Shown here in pieces: positions 1 through 15,520 of a DNA stretch of 64,000 nt. This stretch comes from Macrostomum lignano (taxonomy: Eukaryota), in assembly GCA_002269645.1 (NCBI GenBank), contig NIVC01001861.1, positions 164,840 through 228,839 on the forward strand, read 5' to 3'. The notes under the pieces are model-generated. The model saw only the letters and a list, made by a program, of their open reading frames with translations. It searched no databases and had not been told where the DNA came from. Every line of letters starts with the position of its first letter. The first letter of the stretch is position 1. The position numbers and the translations under genes are program-made.

Positions 1-40
1 AGAGAAGCAAGCAGCAAATTCCTCAACCAGAGCTACTCAC

Positions 41-3630
<3,590 letters not shown>

Positions 3631-6600
3631 CTAAAGTTTGTAGTTGGCAGTATGACTGAGCATACATCAATAAGATAATGTCCCTAAATATCGGTATTAA
3701 GCTGAGATACATTACATGTACCCCGCATTCGTAAGCTGTCTCATTGACCACGCCTAAAATATTGCTTCGCAGTAATAAATTGTACTGTTTATAGCTACAA
3801 TACATGTATATTCTACACAAATTTGATATCGAAATAAAAGACTTTTTCGCATTGATTCTTGGTCCATCCTAGCCAATCTAACTAACACAAAAGATTCGAA
3901 TAGAAATTGCTGCGCAACTGAAAAATATCACGTGACCTCTTGCCCTAGCAGATCTGCGCTTTGCGGAAAATGGTAGAATTGTACTAATACTCAATTATAC
4001 AATCGTTTCTTATAACAATCTGGAATTAGACAGGTTAAGGTTAGAAATCCATCATAGGAATTCAGCGCTAGTACAGTCTTCTGAGCTTGATAAAGCGGTG
4101 AGCACGAGACAAGGGGAAATATCAAGTACTTAAGCAGAGCGCCGACTTCTACATACCTATCAAATGTGTTGTTGAATTAATTATTCATGCCCTCTATTCA
4201 GCTGACCACTGTAAACAATGCAGAGAGCTGGCTGGCTGTCAGTGACAACAGGGCTGCAACTACACAGCCAGATAATGAAGTAAGCAGTTGCACCTGACAA
4301 CCTCCAGCCGTTAGGGCAGCCGTTAAAACCAACCACAGCAATTTAAGCAGATCATATGCTCGCTTGTTTCCCATTGAAATACACAGGAGTTAACATGTTT
4401 GTAATTAAGATTCTTTCAATGCTAATTAAATGCTTATTTATGCTAGCCACATCGAAGCAAGGATTTAAAGTCAATGTGGCTGACTTGTATATAACAATAC
4501 ATTTCTTCTCTGACTTGATAATTAAAGACTAAAGAAACAAAAATTCTTACTGAAATAAAAACACCTACCTCGAGTGACTTCCTTCATACATGATTGAGTT
4601 ATAGTGATGTCTGAAATTGTAAGATTTTTACATTGAGTTTTTTTACAAATAAATTTATCAAAAAAAACTGCTTGCAGTGCTTGGCACTGCTCTGGCACTG
4701 TATCAGAAGTAGGCTTAATGTACTAAAGATCCAAGCTCAATATCAAAAAAGAGAGCTGCATTTTAAGAAACGCTAACTACTTCAGAATATTTTAAGATTT
4801 TAATAATTTGCCTTTTATTTTTAACCCTTTCTCAAAAAAACTAATAATTACTAGCAGTGCTCATAAAATTAAAGCCAAAATGCAGCAACTAATATCAGTT
4901 GCTTTAGGCTGCAATCAAAAACAAATTGTAAAAGGGTGTATTGGCTTTTAATAATTTAATATAAAAAAATACATTCAAGTCATTATATATTTAAAGTAGA
5001 TTGTAACTTTAAATTGTGGATTTATCAAGTGTGTTTTAATATTTTAGTATTATACTGCTTAGCTATAGTTACTTGCCAATTACTATCTTTTGAATCAATA
5101 TCTCCTGAATTACCAGAGTCTAGAATAAATTGCATTTCTGGCACATAGCCTAAAAACAATTAAAATTGAAGAAAAAAGCTAAAAATATACATAGGAAATT
5201 CTATGGTATTCTATAACTAACCAGAAATTTCAGCACTAACTAAGATTATATTGAGTAACTTTAAAATATTTCATATAGATAATTACTGATTACACAAAAA
5301 ATTAAAAAATTAAGCATATATAAACCTAAACAAACTTAAAATGATTTATTCACTATCAAAATGTATCGGAACTTATATCATCCAATTCTAGAACAGATTA
5401 TACCCAATTCGTATAATATAGCATTAATTGGTATGTAGAAATGAGCATTAGATACAATAATAACTATATGATTGATTCAATTTCTAACTTCTTAGAATTA
5501 GTAGTACAAAAACTAGGAAAAAAGACCCCAGAGGCAAAATAAAAAACGAATTGTCTTTGAGAAATCATACCATAAAAATATAAACTATAAATACAAATTA
5601 TTTATTTTTTACAAATTTTTAAAGCTAACGCCCTTTTGCAAAAGTTGACCAAGCTCGCCACGAAAATAAAATAGGAAATTGATCTGCTCAAATTTTTAAC
5701 TGACTCATGCCACTAATTAAAAAAATAACGGTAAGAACTTGTCCAATATCTAATATATTTCATGATTAATACGATTCTGTAAGTTTTCTTTTGGTTAAAA
5801 ATTATTTACTAATTGTTTTTGTTGTAACGCTTAAGTCTATTGTAAATAAATTTCTCTGTAGTTTTAATTCTAACAGAAGCCTACATTTTCTATCCCAAAT
5901 TTTGACTTCTATCATCGGCAGTCAATATTACCATACCATACCATACAATATATTTAACATAAATATAGTTAAAAGCATCTAACACGTACTTTTATGCCAA
6001 GAACTATAAGTGTAAAATAAAGAACTATTATAAAGCATACAAAATGTTACAAAGCAATTGGATAAAAACATAGTTTTGAGCTTTGTCAGTTTTGTTCTTA
6101 CATGAATAGGTTGAGTGAACTGACTATTTTGATTAGTTTTATTATTATAGAGTGAATTTCTTGCAAGCTTAATTCGCTTTCTCCAGGATTGTGCGCTAAT
6201 TTAGTTTATCATCTAATCCATGGTATCTATTTGCTTGTAAGCTAGAACTTCTATGGCTATGTAAATGAAAGTATTCAAAAACATTGTAAGGAAATTTTGT
6301 GTAATGTAAGGATATTACTGAACAATACTGAACACTAGCATACTTCCATTGATATAACCTTGAATTTTCTAGAAATCTAAATATTACACACATTTCAACA
6401 TTCTTTAAAATGATATAATAAAATTTCTAATTCGTATTCGAAGAACAATTTAGGTACTTTTAATAGTTTACTAAAATTTCGAGCCTTAAAAAGCATAGTG
6501 ACTAAAAATCCAGAAAAAATTAATTTAATTTTTTGCTTTTATGATTTTTTAGGCATTCGATCACTCTCTTGTCTGACAAGTTAATTTTTTGTAGTCTTTA

Positions 6601-6829
6601 GGCAACTATTTAGTGTAGTGGACAGCTATTGTCAGTGCAGTTAGCTAAATATGTATGGCTGAATTACTAACCGTATGTACCCTATGTACTAAGCAGATAG
6701 TACATTTTAATAACCAGCTTATAAGTTTATCGAACTTGAAAAATTGTAGTTCCTCAGCCAGCAGTGCGCACAAGTTAATTGCGCTGGCACGTGACCAGCC
6801 CGTGTCCTCCAACAGAAGCTCCGTCAAGC

Positions 6830-9800
6830 ATGGACACGCCGCTTCGCTCGGTGATTGTCATCACTGAGAAATTCCGCGCTATCTCCTCGGTTGAGCACGC
6901 TGTACTCAACAATACGCAGATTGTTGTGGCGCCGCACGACCGCGGCCTTCAGGGCCTCACAAATGCGATTTCAGCTGCGCTGAAAGGCCGCAAAGCTAAC
7001 AATATCGCTTTCATATTCAACAGTACATTGAACTCGGTGCAGATCTGCCTCGAGGAGGACCAGCGGCTCTGCCTGTTCAACTTGGAGAGCGTGAAAACTT
7101 GTTTCGAGTTGCGCAACTTTTTCCTATACGTTTCGTCGGCCTTTCTCACCCAGGAGCTCGGCAGCAAGAGGGTGGACTTTCTGGCCTGCAGCAATGCGGG
7201 CACCCAGGAGGCTCAGGTGAGAGGATAAACAGCTGACAGGTTGAAATCGTCTTTCTCGAATCGAACTTTCATATGCTCTAAACTTACAACGCGTGTGAGA
7301 GATTCAATTTAGACTACTGAGAAAAGTAGAAAAATAAAGATTTAAATCGTAAAATCTCTCACACAGCCCGAAAAATGTCGACATAAAATTTCGTCTATGG
7401 CATGCTTAGCTTAGGTTAGCTTAGTAACTCCATCTATCATCCGGCTCACCACTCCGACTCCCCATCCGCTTTCTCATTAGGCGCTGCTGCAGGAGCTCCG
7501 CTCCCTCCTGGGCTCCGATATTGAGGTGTCACTGTCGCGCGAGCTCTGGGGCCTGGACGTAATCATTCAGCGTAACATTGACGAACGCGGTCGCAACTAC
7601 CGAGTTGGCGACGTCTATTACAAGCCGGACAAGCTGCGCACCCTCACAGCCAGCAGCGGGCAGAGTTTGGCCGGCTTCGAAAAAATTCGCATAGTCGGCA
7701 AAGGAGCCTACGGCACGGCGGTGCTTTATAGGAAAAAGGACGACGATTCGCTGGTTATTCTAAAGGAGATCAATATGCATGACTTAACGGCGCAGGAGAG
7801 ACTGCTCTGTCTTAACGAGATCAAGGTAAGCTAAGCTATGCTGTATTGTACATTTCCTGGTGAGGAATGGGTGTGCTGGCGCTTTGCCTGGAACTGCTGT
7901 ACATTGGTGAGGAATGGGCGTGTTGGCGCTTTGCCTAGAACTGCTGTACATTGGTGAGGAATGGGTGTGTTGGCGCTTTGCCTGGAACTGCTGTACATTG
8001 GTGAGGAATGGGCGTGTTGGCGCTTTGCCTGGAACTAGTGTACATTGGTGAGGAATGGGTGTGTTGGCGCTTTGCCTGGAACTGCTGTAAATTGGTGAGG
8101 AATGGGTGTGTTGGCGCTTTGCCTAGAACTGCTGTACATTGGTGAGGAATGGGTGTGTTGGCGCTTTGCCTGGAACTGCTGTACATTGGTGAGGAATGGG
8201 TGTGTTGGCGTTTTGCCTAGAACTACTGTACATTGGTGAGGAATGGGTGTGCTGGCGCTTTGCCTGGAACTGCTGTACATTGGTGAGGAATGGGTGTGCT
8301 GGCGCTTTGCCTGGAACTAGTGTACATTGGTGAGGAATGGGTATGTTGGCGCTTTGCCTGGAACTGCTGTACATTGGTGAGGAATGGGTATGTTGGCGCT
8401 TTGCCTGGAACTGCTGTACATTGGTGAGGAATGGGTGTGTTGGCGCTTTGCCTAGAACTACTGTACATTGGTGAGGAATGGGGTGTTCGTGCTTTGCCTG
8501 GAACTACTAATGTAGGGGGTTGGCACTTGGTCTGGACCTGCTGTAGATTCGTGTTTATTGTCTTGGAATGGAAATCGAAGCTGGCAATCGCCCAATGCCG
8601 TCCATTATTTAAGCTCACAGCACTGCTGGCACAATAAGCATTTTTAACCGCCTCCTCAGGTGCTGTCAATGCTGGACCACCCGAACATCATCGGCTATTT
8701 TGACAGCTTCGAAGAGGACGGCGTGCTGCTGATCGAGATGGAATATGCGGACGGCGGCACCCTCGCCCAGTACCTGTCCGACTGTCGCGAGCCGCTAAGC
8801 GAAAAGGACGCTCTGTACTATTTTCAGCAGATTGTTTCCGCGATTCACCATTTTCACTCTCACAAGATTCTGCATCGTGACCTCAAGACGGCTAATATTT
8901 TTCTTACTAAAGACAATATTGTTAAGGTGGGTGCCTGTGGCCTTTTATTAATTATTAGATATCATTTTCTGGCAAGATCAATCTAGATCCTCAGTTGCTG
9001 GACCAGCCTCCCAGAGTGTCAGTTGCTGGGCCAGCCTCCCAGATCCTCAGTTGCTGGGCCAGCCTCCCAGATCCTCAGTTGCTGGGCCAGCCTCCCAGAT
9101 CCTCAGTTGCTGGGCCAGCCTCCCAGATCCTCAGTTGCTGGGCCAGCCTCCCAGTGCCTCAGTTGCTGGGCCAGCCTCCCAGAGTGTCAGTTGCTAGGCC
9201 AGCCTCCCAGATCCTCAGTTGCTAGGCCAGCCTCCCAGATCCTCAGTTGCTGGGCCAGCCTCCCAGATCCTTAGTTGCTGGGCCAGCCTCCAAGATCCTC
9301 AGTTGCTGGACCACCCCTCCTCCCAGCTCCCACCCGACCCAAGCAGCCAGCCAGCCAGATTAAAACTGCTTAAACAGCACCAAACAGAACTGAACGGCAC
9401 TGAACAGGTGGGCGACTTCGGCATCGCCAAGATGATGTCAACTAGCAGGCACGCGGCATCCACCGTGCTCGGCACTCCCTACTATCTGTCGCCGGAGATG
9501 TGCGAAGGCAAAGAGTACAACGAGAAAAGCGACATCTGGGCGCTCGGCTGCGTGCTGTACGAAATCGCCTGCCAGCAGAAGACATTCGAAGGCTCGAATC
9601 TGCCAGCTCTGGTCAACAAGATCATGAAAGGCCAGTTCGCGCCAGTCAAAGGCAACTACAGCCAGGAGTTCAAGGAGCTGGTGGCCAAGATGCTGCTCAA
9701 TAAAGAGCCTGAGAAGCGGCCTACAGCGGCGGACTTGCTGTACAAGCTGCTGCCGCCGCTGATTCGAAGGGTTAATGAGGCGGATTCGTCCACTGACGCT

Positions 9801-12800
9801 GACGAAGACGGCACCGCCTCGGCTCGTGGCGGCGGCGGAGGCGGCGGCAGCGGCGGTCAGATGGGATCCGGGAGTGGTAGGGAGACTCTTGAATCAAATT
9901 GCATTGGAATCTTCTAATAGAGATTCCCATTAAATCCCGTCATCCCTTGAGAGTCCCCTGCTTCCCATAGAGAAGCCCTGATTCCCATAGGGAATCCCCC
10001 TGATTCCCATAGAGAATCCCCTGATTCCCATAGAGAATCCCCTGATTCCCATAGGGAATCCCCCTGATTCCCATAGAGAATCCCCTGATTCCCATAGGGA
10101 ATCCCCCTGATTCCCATAGAGAATCCCCTGATTCCCATAGAGAATCCCCTGATTCCCATAGAGCATCCCCTGATTTCCATAGGGCATCCCCTGATTTCCA
10201 TAGGGCATCCCCTGATTCGCATAGAGAATCCCCTGATTCCAATAGAGAATCCCCCTGATTCCCATAGAGAATCTCCCTGATTCCCATAGACAATCCCCTG
10301 ATTCCCATAGAGAATCCCCTGATTACCATAGAGAATCCCCTGATTCCCATAAAGAATCCCCTGATTCCCATAGAGAATCCCCTGATTCCCATAGGGCATC
10401 CCCTGATTCGCATAGAGAATCCCCTGATTCCCATAGAGAATCCCCCTGATTCCCATAGAGAATCCCCTGATTTCCATAGGGCATCCCCTGATTCGCATAG
10501 AGAATCCCCTGATTCCCATAGAGAATCCCCTGATTCCCATAGAGAATCCCCTGATTTCCATAGGGCATCCCCTGATTCGCATAGAGAATCCCCTGATTCC
10601 CATAGAGAATCCCCCTGATTCCCATAGAGAATCCCCTGATTTCCATAGGGCATCCCCTGATTCGCATAGAGAATCCCCTGATTCCCATAGAGAATCCCCC
10701 TGATTCCCATAGAGAATCTCCTTGATTACCATAGAAGAATCCCCTGATTCCCATAGAGAATCCCCCTGATTCCCATAGGGCATCCCCTGATTCGCATAGA
10801 GAATCCCCTGATTCCCATAGAGAATCCCCCTGATTCCCATAGAGAATCTCCTTGATTACCATAGAAGAATCCCCCTGATTCCCATAGAGAATCTCCTTGA
10901 TTCCCATAGAGAATCCCCCTGATTCCCATAGAGAATCTCCCTTATTAGCATAGAGAATCCCCTGATTACTACGGAGAACTCCTGAATCCCACATCAAAGA
11001 ATCAAACGCGATCCCCACATCCCGCACACTCATCCCAGGCTCCCGGCCGGACAAGCGCTCAGTCCTGTACGCCATGAACCTGGCCAACCCTACAATCCTA
11101 CAATCCTAGGTTGACGCCCTACAATCTGCCGTCAAAGCTGCGCATCCGTTCCGTCTGCTGCAGCGACACCCACGCCATCGCAGTGGGCTCGGAGCGCTCC
11201 GTTTACTCCTGGGGCGAGAACGCCAGCGGCCAGTTGGGCCACGAGGACCTCATCGCCCGGAGCAAGCCGACCCTGGTTGACGCTCTACGCGGCAAAGGCA
11301 TCAGCCGGGCAACCTGCGGCTTGGCGTTCAGCGTGTTCACCTCGGACAATGGCATAGTTATGACCTGCGGAAGCGGCAGCCACGGCTGTCTTGGCCACGG
11401 CGACTGGGTCTCCGTGGCCCGGCCGAAGCTCATCGAATCTCTGCTGTCTGTCGATGTGGCCGCCATCGCCTGCGGACCGCAGCACGTCGTCGCCGCTAGC
11501 AAGGAGGGTCGCGTCTTCGCCTGGGGCCGCGGGCCGACGGGCGGACTGGCCTGCGTGACGAAACTGACCGGTGCGCGCCGACACCGGTGCCGATTCAGGT
11601 AACTGGCAAACAGCCGGACGGACACTAGGAAGCTAAGATTCTCGGACAGTATGGCACCAGTAGGTCACTAAAATACTCGGACAGAATGACACTAGGTCAC
11701 TAAGATACTCGGACAGTATGGCATTAGGTCACTAGGACACTAGAATACTCGGACAGCATGATACTAGGTCAGTAAGATAGTTTCTGACGCTGAACTTTGC
11801 ACCAATCCTGCAACAGGAGCCTCAGCGGATTCGCGCAGTGTACGCCGGCACTGACGGCAGCATGTTTCTGACAGACGCAGGGTCTGTCCTGGCCACAGGC
11901 AACAATCGGCACAATCGACTGGGCTTGAATCAACGCCAGGGCTTTCTAATGACAATGAAGAACATGTTTAACAAATTGGACGTCGATGGTGTCAAAGAAC
12001 CGACGCCTTTGCGCGCTTTAGCTCGGTACAAAGTGATTTACATCAGCATGGGACCCGAGCACACGGCTGTGCTAGTTGAGCCAAATCACGTTGTAACATT
12101 TGGGCGCAATAGCGAAGGTAATGCGCGAATAGTTTAGAAAGTAAAAAAACAGAGCTCCTCTAACAAATAACCCTTTTTAGCTCGAAAGAGAGCTTTGTTT
12201 GTAGGCAATAAAACTTCTTACCCATTGCGGTGCAGCTTCGGTTGTGGGCAATAAAACTCATCACCAATTGCGGCGCAGCATCGGTTGTGGGCAATAAAAC
12301 TCCTTACCCACTGCAGCGCAGTTTCGGTTGTGGGCAATAAAACTCCTCACCAATTGCGGCGCAGTTTCGGTTGTGGGCAATAAAACTCCTTACCCATTGC
12401 GGCACAGCTTCGGTTGTGGGCAATAAAACTCCTTACCCATTGCGGCGCAGCTTCGGTTGTGGGCAATAAATCTTAAACATTGCAGCACAATTTTGGTTGT
12501 GGGCATAAAACTTCTTAAACATTCATTACAAAGAGGAGCTGTTCAAGAAATCCGAATTTCGAATAGATTGAAGAATAAATGTTGACTCTATGAGCGTATC
12601 ATCTCCATTTCTAGGCCAGCTGGGCCTTGGAATCACCAAAGCCCAAGGCGGCATCGTCGAGGTGCAGGGTCTCGACGGTAAGGCAGTAACCGGCATTGTC
12701 TGCGGGCCGCGGTTCACCCTCTGCCAGGTGGCCGACAGCGAACTACTCCTGTGGGGCCTTCGAGTCCCACTGCCCGACCAGCATCCGTCGCAGCAGCATC

Positions 12801-13837
12801 GGCAGAGGCGTCGCTCTTTTGAAAGCGTCGACTCAGATGACTCGGACGATTCCGGCGATGGCGCCGGCGGCGGCGGTGGCGGTGGCGATGGTGGCGGTGG
12901 CGGCGGCGGTAGTCGTGCAAACGGGCGCCGCGGCGCCCATCCGGAACTGCACCTGACCCCGGTGCCGATCCTGATGCTCAACAACAACCAGAAGCCCAGC
13001 CCATCGTCAGCCACAGCGACGGCCGTGGAGCAGGTGAGCCTCGGCGCGGTGCTCACCCAGCGGGACAGTCTGATGGTTCAGGTGGAGACCACCGCACCGG
13101 CGCCCAGCCACCGCCGGCACCAGCACCAGCCTCAGCGGCGGGAGCGCAGCATCTCGTCATCTTCATCAAGCGCCGCGGCTAAACGGCTGCCCTCGGCTCA
13201 GGCGCCGCCGTCGGCGCAATCGTCGTCGTTGAGTCGGCGCCAACTGAACGGCAGCGGCGGAGCTGCGGGCGACTCTTCGGACTCGGCGCCGGAACTGGAG
13301 CCGCTGCCGACCTGGGTGAAGCGCGAGTTCGAGGCCGCGCCGCACCTGCCGGCTCCTCCGGCCTCCCAGTCCAGCAAGACAATGACGTCCGTTTCGTTGA
13401 CTCGCCAGACGTCAACGTCATCGGTGGCCTCGGCCGCTGTGCCGACAATGTCATCGTCGGCGTCTTCGGCGGCCCCGCTGCTGGAGGAGCTGCACGTGCT
13501 GCGCCAGGAGAAGCTGCTGGCAGAGAAGAAGCTGTCGGCCCTGGAGTCGGCCAGCCGGACGGAGGCGGAGGAGGCGCGAAATCGCGAAGCGATGCTCAGA
13601 CGGGAGCTGGACTCGCTGCGCCGGGAGCTGGCAAAACAGCAGGGCCTGCTGACGGAGAATCAGCAGGCGGTCAGCAGCCTGCAGCGCCAGTTCGGCTCCA
13701 AGCCTCAGCCGCAGCCGCAGCCGCAGCCGCAGTCAAGACTGCACTCTGCGTCTCTCTCGGCTTCTTCTTCCTCGTCATTCGCCACGGCCGCCTCGTCGTC
13801 CGAGCCAAGAAAGTCGCGAGTTTGTTCAGTCCAATAA
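6830..13837 (+). CDS. NEK9: NIMA-related Ser/Thr kinase, NEK8/NEK9 (niki-like): DUF4347-like N-terminus, kinase, RCC1 repeats, coiled coil, CaaX. Exons 6830-7216, 7481-7825, 8660-8926, 9408-~9877, 11039-11598, 11817-12117, 12615-13837; exon 5 has two frame lesions (11089-11104 and ~11533)
   Basis: Kinase motifs GKGAYG, LKEI, NEIKVL, HRDLKTANIFL, VGDFG, GTPYYLSPE, KSDIWALG; RCC1 motifs VYSWGENASGQLGH, GSGSHGCLGHGD, GRNSEGQLGLG. GT-AG junctions are phase-consistent once the exon-5 lesions are corrected; the exon-4 donor is one of three phase-1 candidates. NEK8 versus NEK9 orthology is not resolvable by eye. Confidence 0.9.
7850..8505. repeat. 47-bp minisatellite, about 14 copies, NEK intron 2
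   Basis: Unit TGGTGAGGAATGGGTGTGTTGGCGCTTTGCCTGGAACTGCTGTACAT. Confidence 0.95.
8985..9312. repeat. 28-bp minisatellite, about 11 copies, NEK intron 3
   Basis: Unit CAGTTGCTGGGCCAGCCTCCCAGATCCT. Confidence 0.95.
9915..10975. repeat. 21-22-bp minisatellite, NEK intron 4
   Basis: Unit CCCCTGATTCCCATAGAGAAT with variants (TTTCCATAGGGCAT, TTCGCATAG). Confidence 0.95.
11630..11772. repeat. Short degenerate tandem repeat, NEK intron 5
   Basis: CTCGGACAG(T/A/C)ATG...TAGGTCACTAA recurs four times. Confidence 0.7.
12200..12520. repeat. 43-bp minisatellite carrying AATAAA in each unit, NEK intron 6
   Basis: Unit CAGCTTCGGTTGTGGGCAATAAAACTCCTTACCCATTGCGGCG; seven perfect AATAAA between about 12206 and 12470. 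Confidence 0.93.
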
Positions 13838-15207
13838 AATTTGAACTGACGCCAAAATTGGTTTCAGATAAACAAAGAAAGAATATTTAGCTCACAATAT
13901 TTTGTTTTAACAGAAGAAACTCACTCGCGCCATTAGAGCTTTTTGAAGCAATTTAAAACGTGCGAAAAAACTGCTGAATTGCTACTTGCATCACTGTCCT
14001 AGTGAGTAGCATCTTCAGTGAATTTTTTTAGTTTATTTTACAGATACTAGAATAACTAGATGGACCAATCAGGCATATATACTTAGTTCAGTAGCAAAGA
14101 AGAATACATAAGCTATTTTATAAAAATAAAGGCAACTGAAACGACTTTGATAAGTTTAGAAGCCCAAGCTTGCAGGTGCAAACAAACTTGCTAATTGGTT
14201 AAGCAATAATGTACATTAGCCAGTCCACTGAAATGTACATGGCAGCTTTAGGCTGGAATTCCAAGAAAGGCAATAAAAATTGGGATGGGGCCGGCGTGGT
14301 GTGGAAGGCGGTTTAAGCGGGGGGGGGGGCTAAGAGCCAATAAAAAGCAATCCTTGGCTTTAAAAATACACCAAAATGCTTTTGTATAACTTGCTACTGA
14401 ATTGAAAGTAGCTTACATGCAAATGTGCTGAATGGCCCATCTAGTTGTTCTAGTATCCGTGGTTTATTTTTAAATTGAAAATGTTAAAAAATGTTATTTG
14501 TCACTTTTAAAGTCGATATATAAAGTTTTCTAGTCGATCGTTGGTGTAAACCAAGTGTACATTTTGTACTTGAACCAATAGCTTCTTCAGGTTTTAAAAG
14601 GAGTTTTAAGATTTCGGCGAGGTTAAAAAAGCTTCGACCAGAATCAATATTCCCAGGAAGATCAGTACGTCCTTTGCGCTGCAGAGCATGGAAACGTGAT
14701 AACATTTTTCCTATCTTTCTTATCTTACTGAAGCTCACAAATATATATATTGAACATGCCTGTCTTAAATAATTTAATCAGGATGCGCCTCTGCGAGCTT
14801 TCACATTTGAGATATATATTTGTTTTTTTTAAAAAGCGCGTTGCTTTTTCTATTTGAGATTCGGGATGTGTCATCACATCGGCTTGTCTAATCCGGAGCC
14901 CAACGGCAGATTTGGCCTGGCAGATTGCTGACAGCTTCACGACCTTGATGAGGAAAAAGAGGGGGGGCTAAACAAGCGACAGGTGAGCAGCGGCCTCTAA
15001 ATATTATAATTTTTGGAGGAGCTTATGAGGGCCATTTGCCCCGCTATTATGCAGCCCATAATTTGCAGGGAAGCGTTTCCTGAAATGCGTAAAAGCAGAT
15101 TGCAATGAATGCAAATCCAAGCACAGACAAACAACATACTACTATGAATAGCTTCATTTGCTATTCGGAAAACTAGATATTGTCTGCTTAGTTAACTAGA
15201 CATGTCA

Positions 15208-15520
15208 GGGGATTTTAGCCTAGTGGTTAGAACGTCGGACTCGCGACTTGAAGGTCGGGGGTTCGATTCCCGATCCCACTGGAACAATTTGTGTCCTTGG
15301 GCAAGACGCTTAACTCTGCATTGCTTCAGTTCACCCAGCTGCAAAATGGGTGCCAGCATTAGCTGGGGTAATTGAGGGTGTGTGGCGACCCCCCAGTCCT
15401 TGGACTGAACAGCCGTACGCAGCCTTCAGATGCGCCGCGCAATAGCTGCGGCTGAGCTCTCGGTTGCACATCTGCCAATCAATTAGGGCAGCTGTAATAA
15501 ATTATTATAATATTATTATT
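15208..15520 (+). mobile_element. Full-length tRNA-derived SINE, family A, with CORE-like central domain
   Basis: A box TAGCCTAGTGG (15216), B box GGTTCGATTCC (15260), CORE-like segment 15290-15349, AT-rich (TAA/TTA) tail; second copy at 498-725. Confidence 0.85.

Noticed and set aside
7935-10929. Long ORFs on both strands inside NEK introns (for example 9914-10840, 308 aa)
   Set aside because: Translations of stop-poor minisatellites; they lie between phase-matched splice sites of the kinase gene.
15208-15282. tRNA gene (also 1291-1215 and 40726-40800)
   Set aside because: A and B boxes are present but run into a repeated non-tRNA body with no T-run terminator; these are SINE heads.
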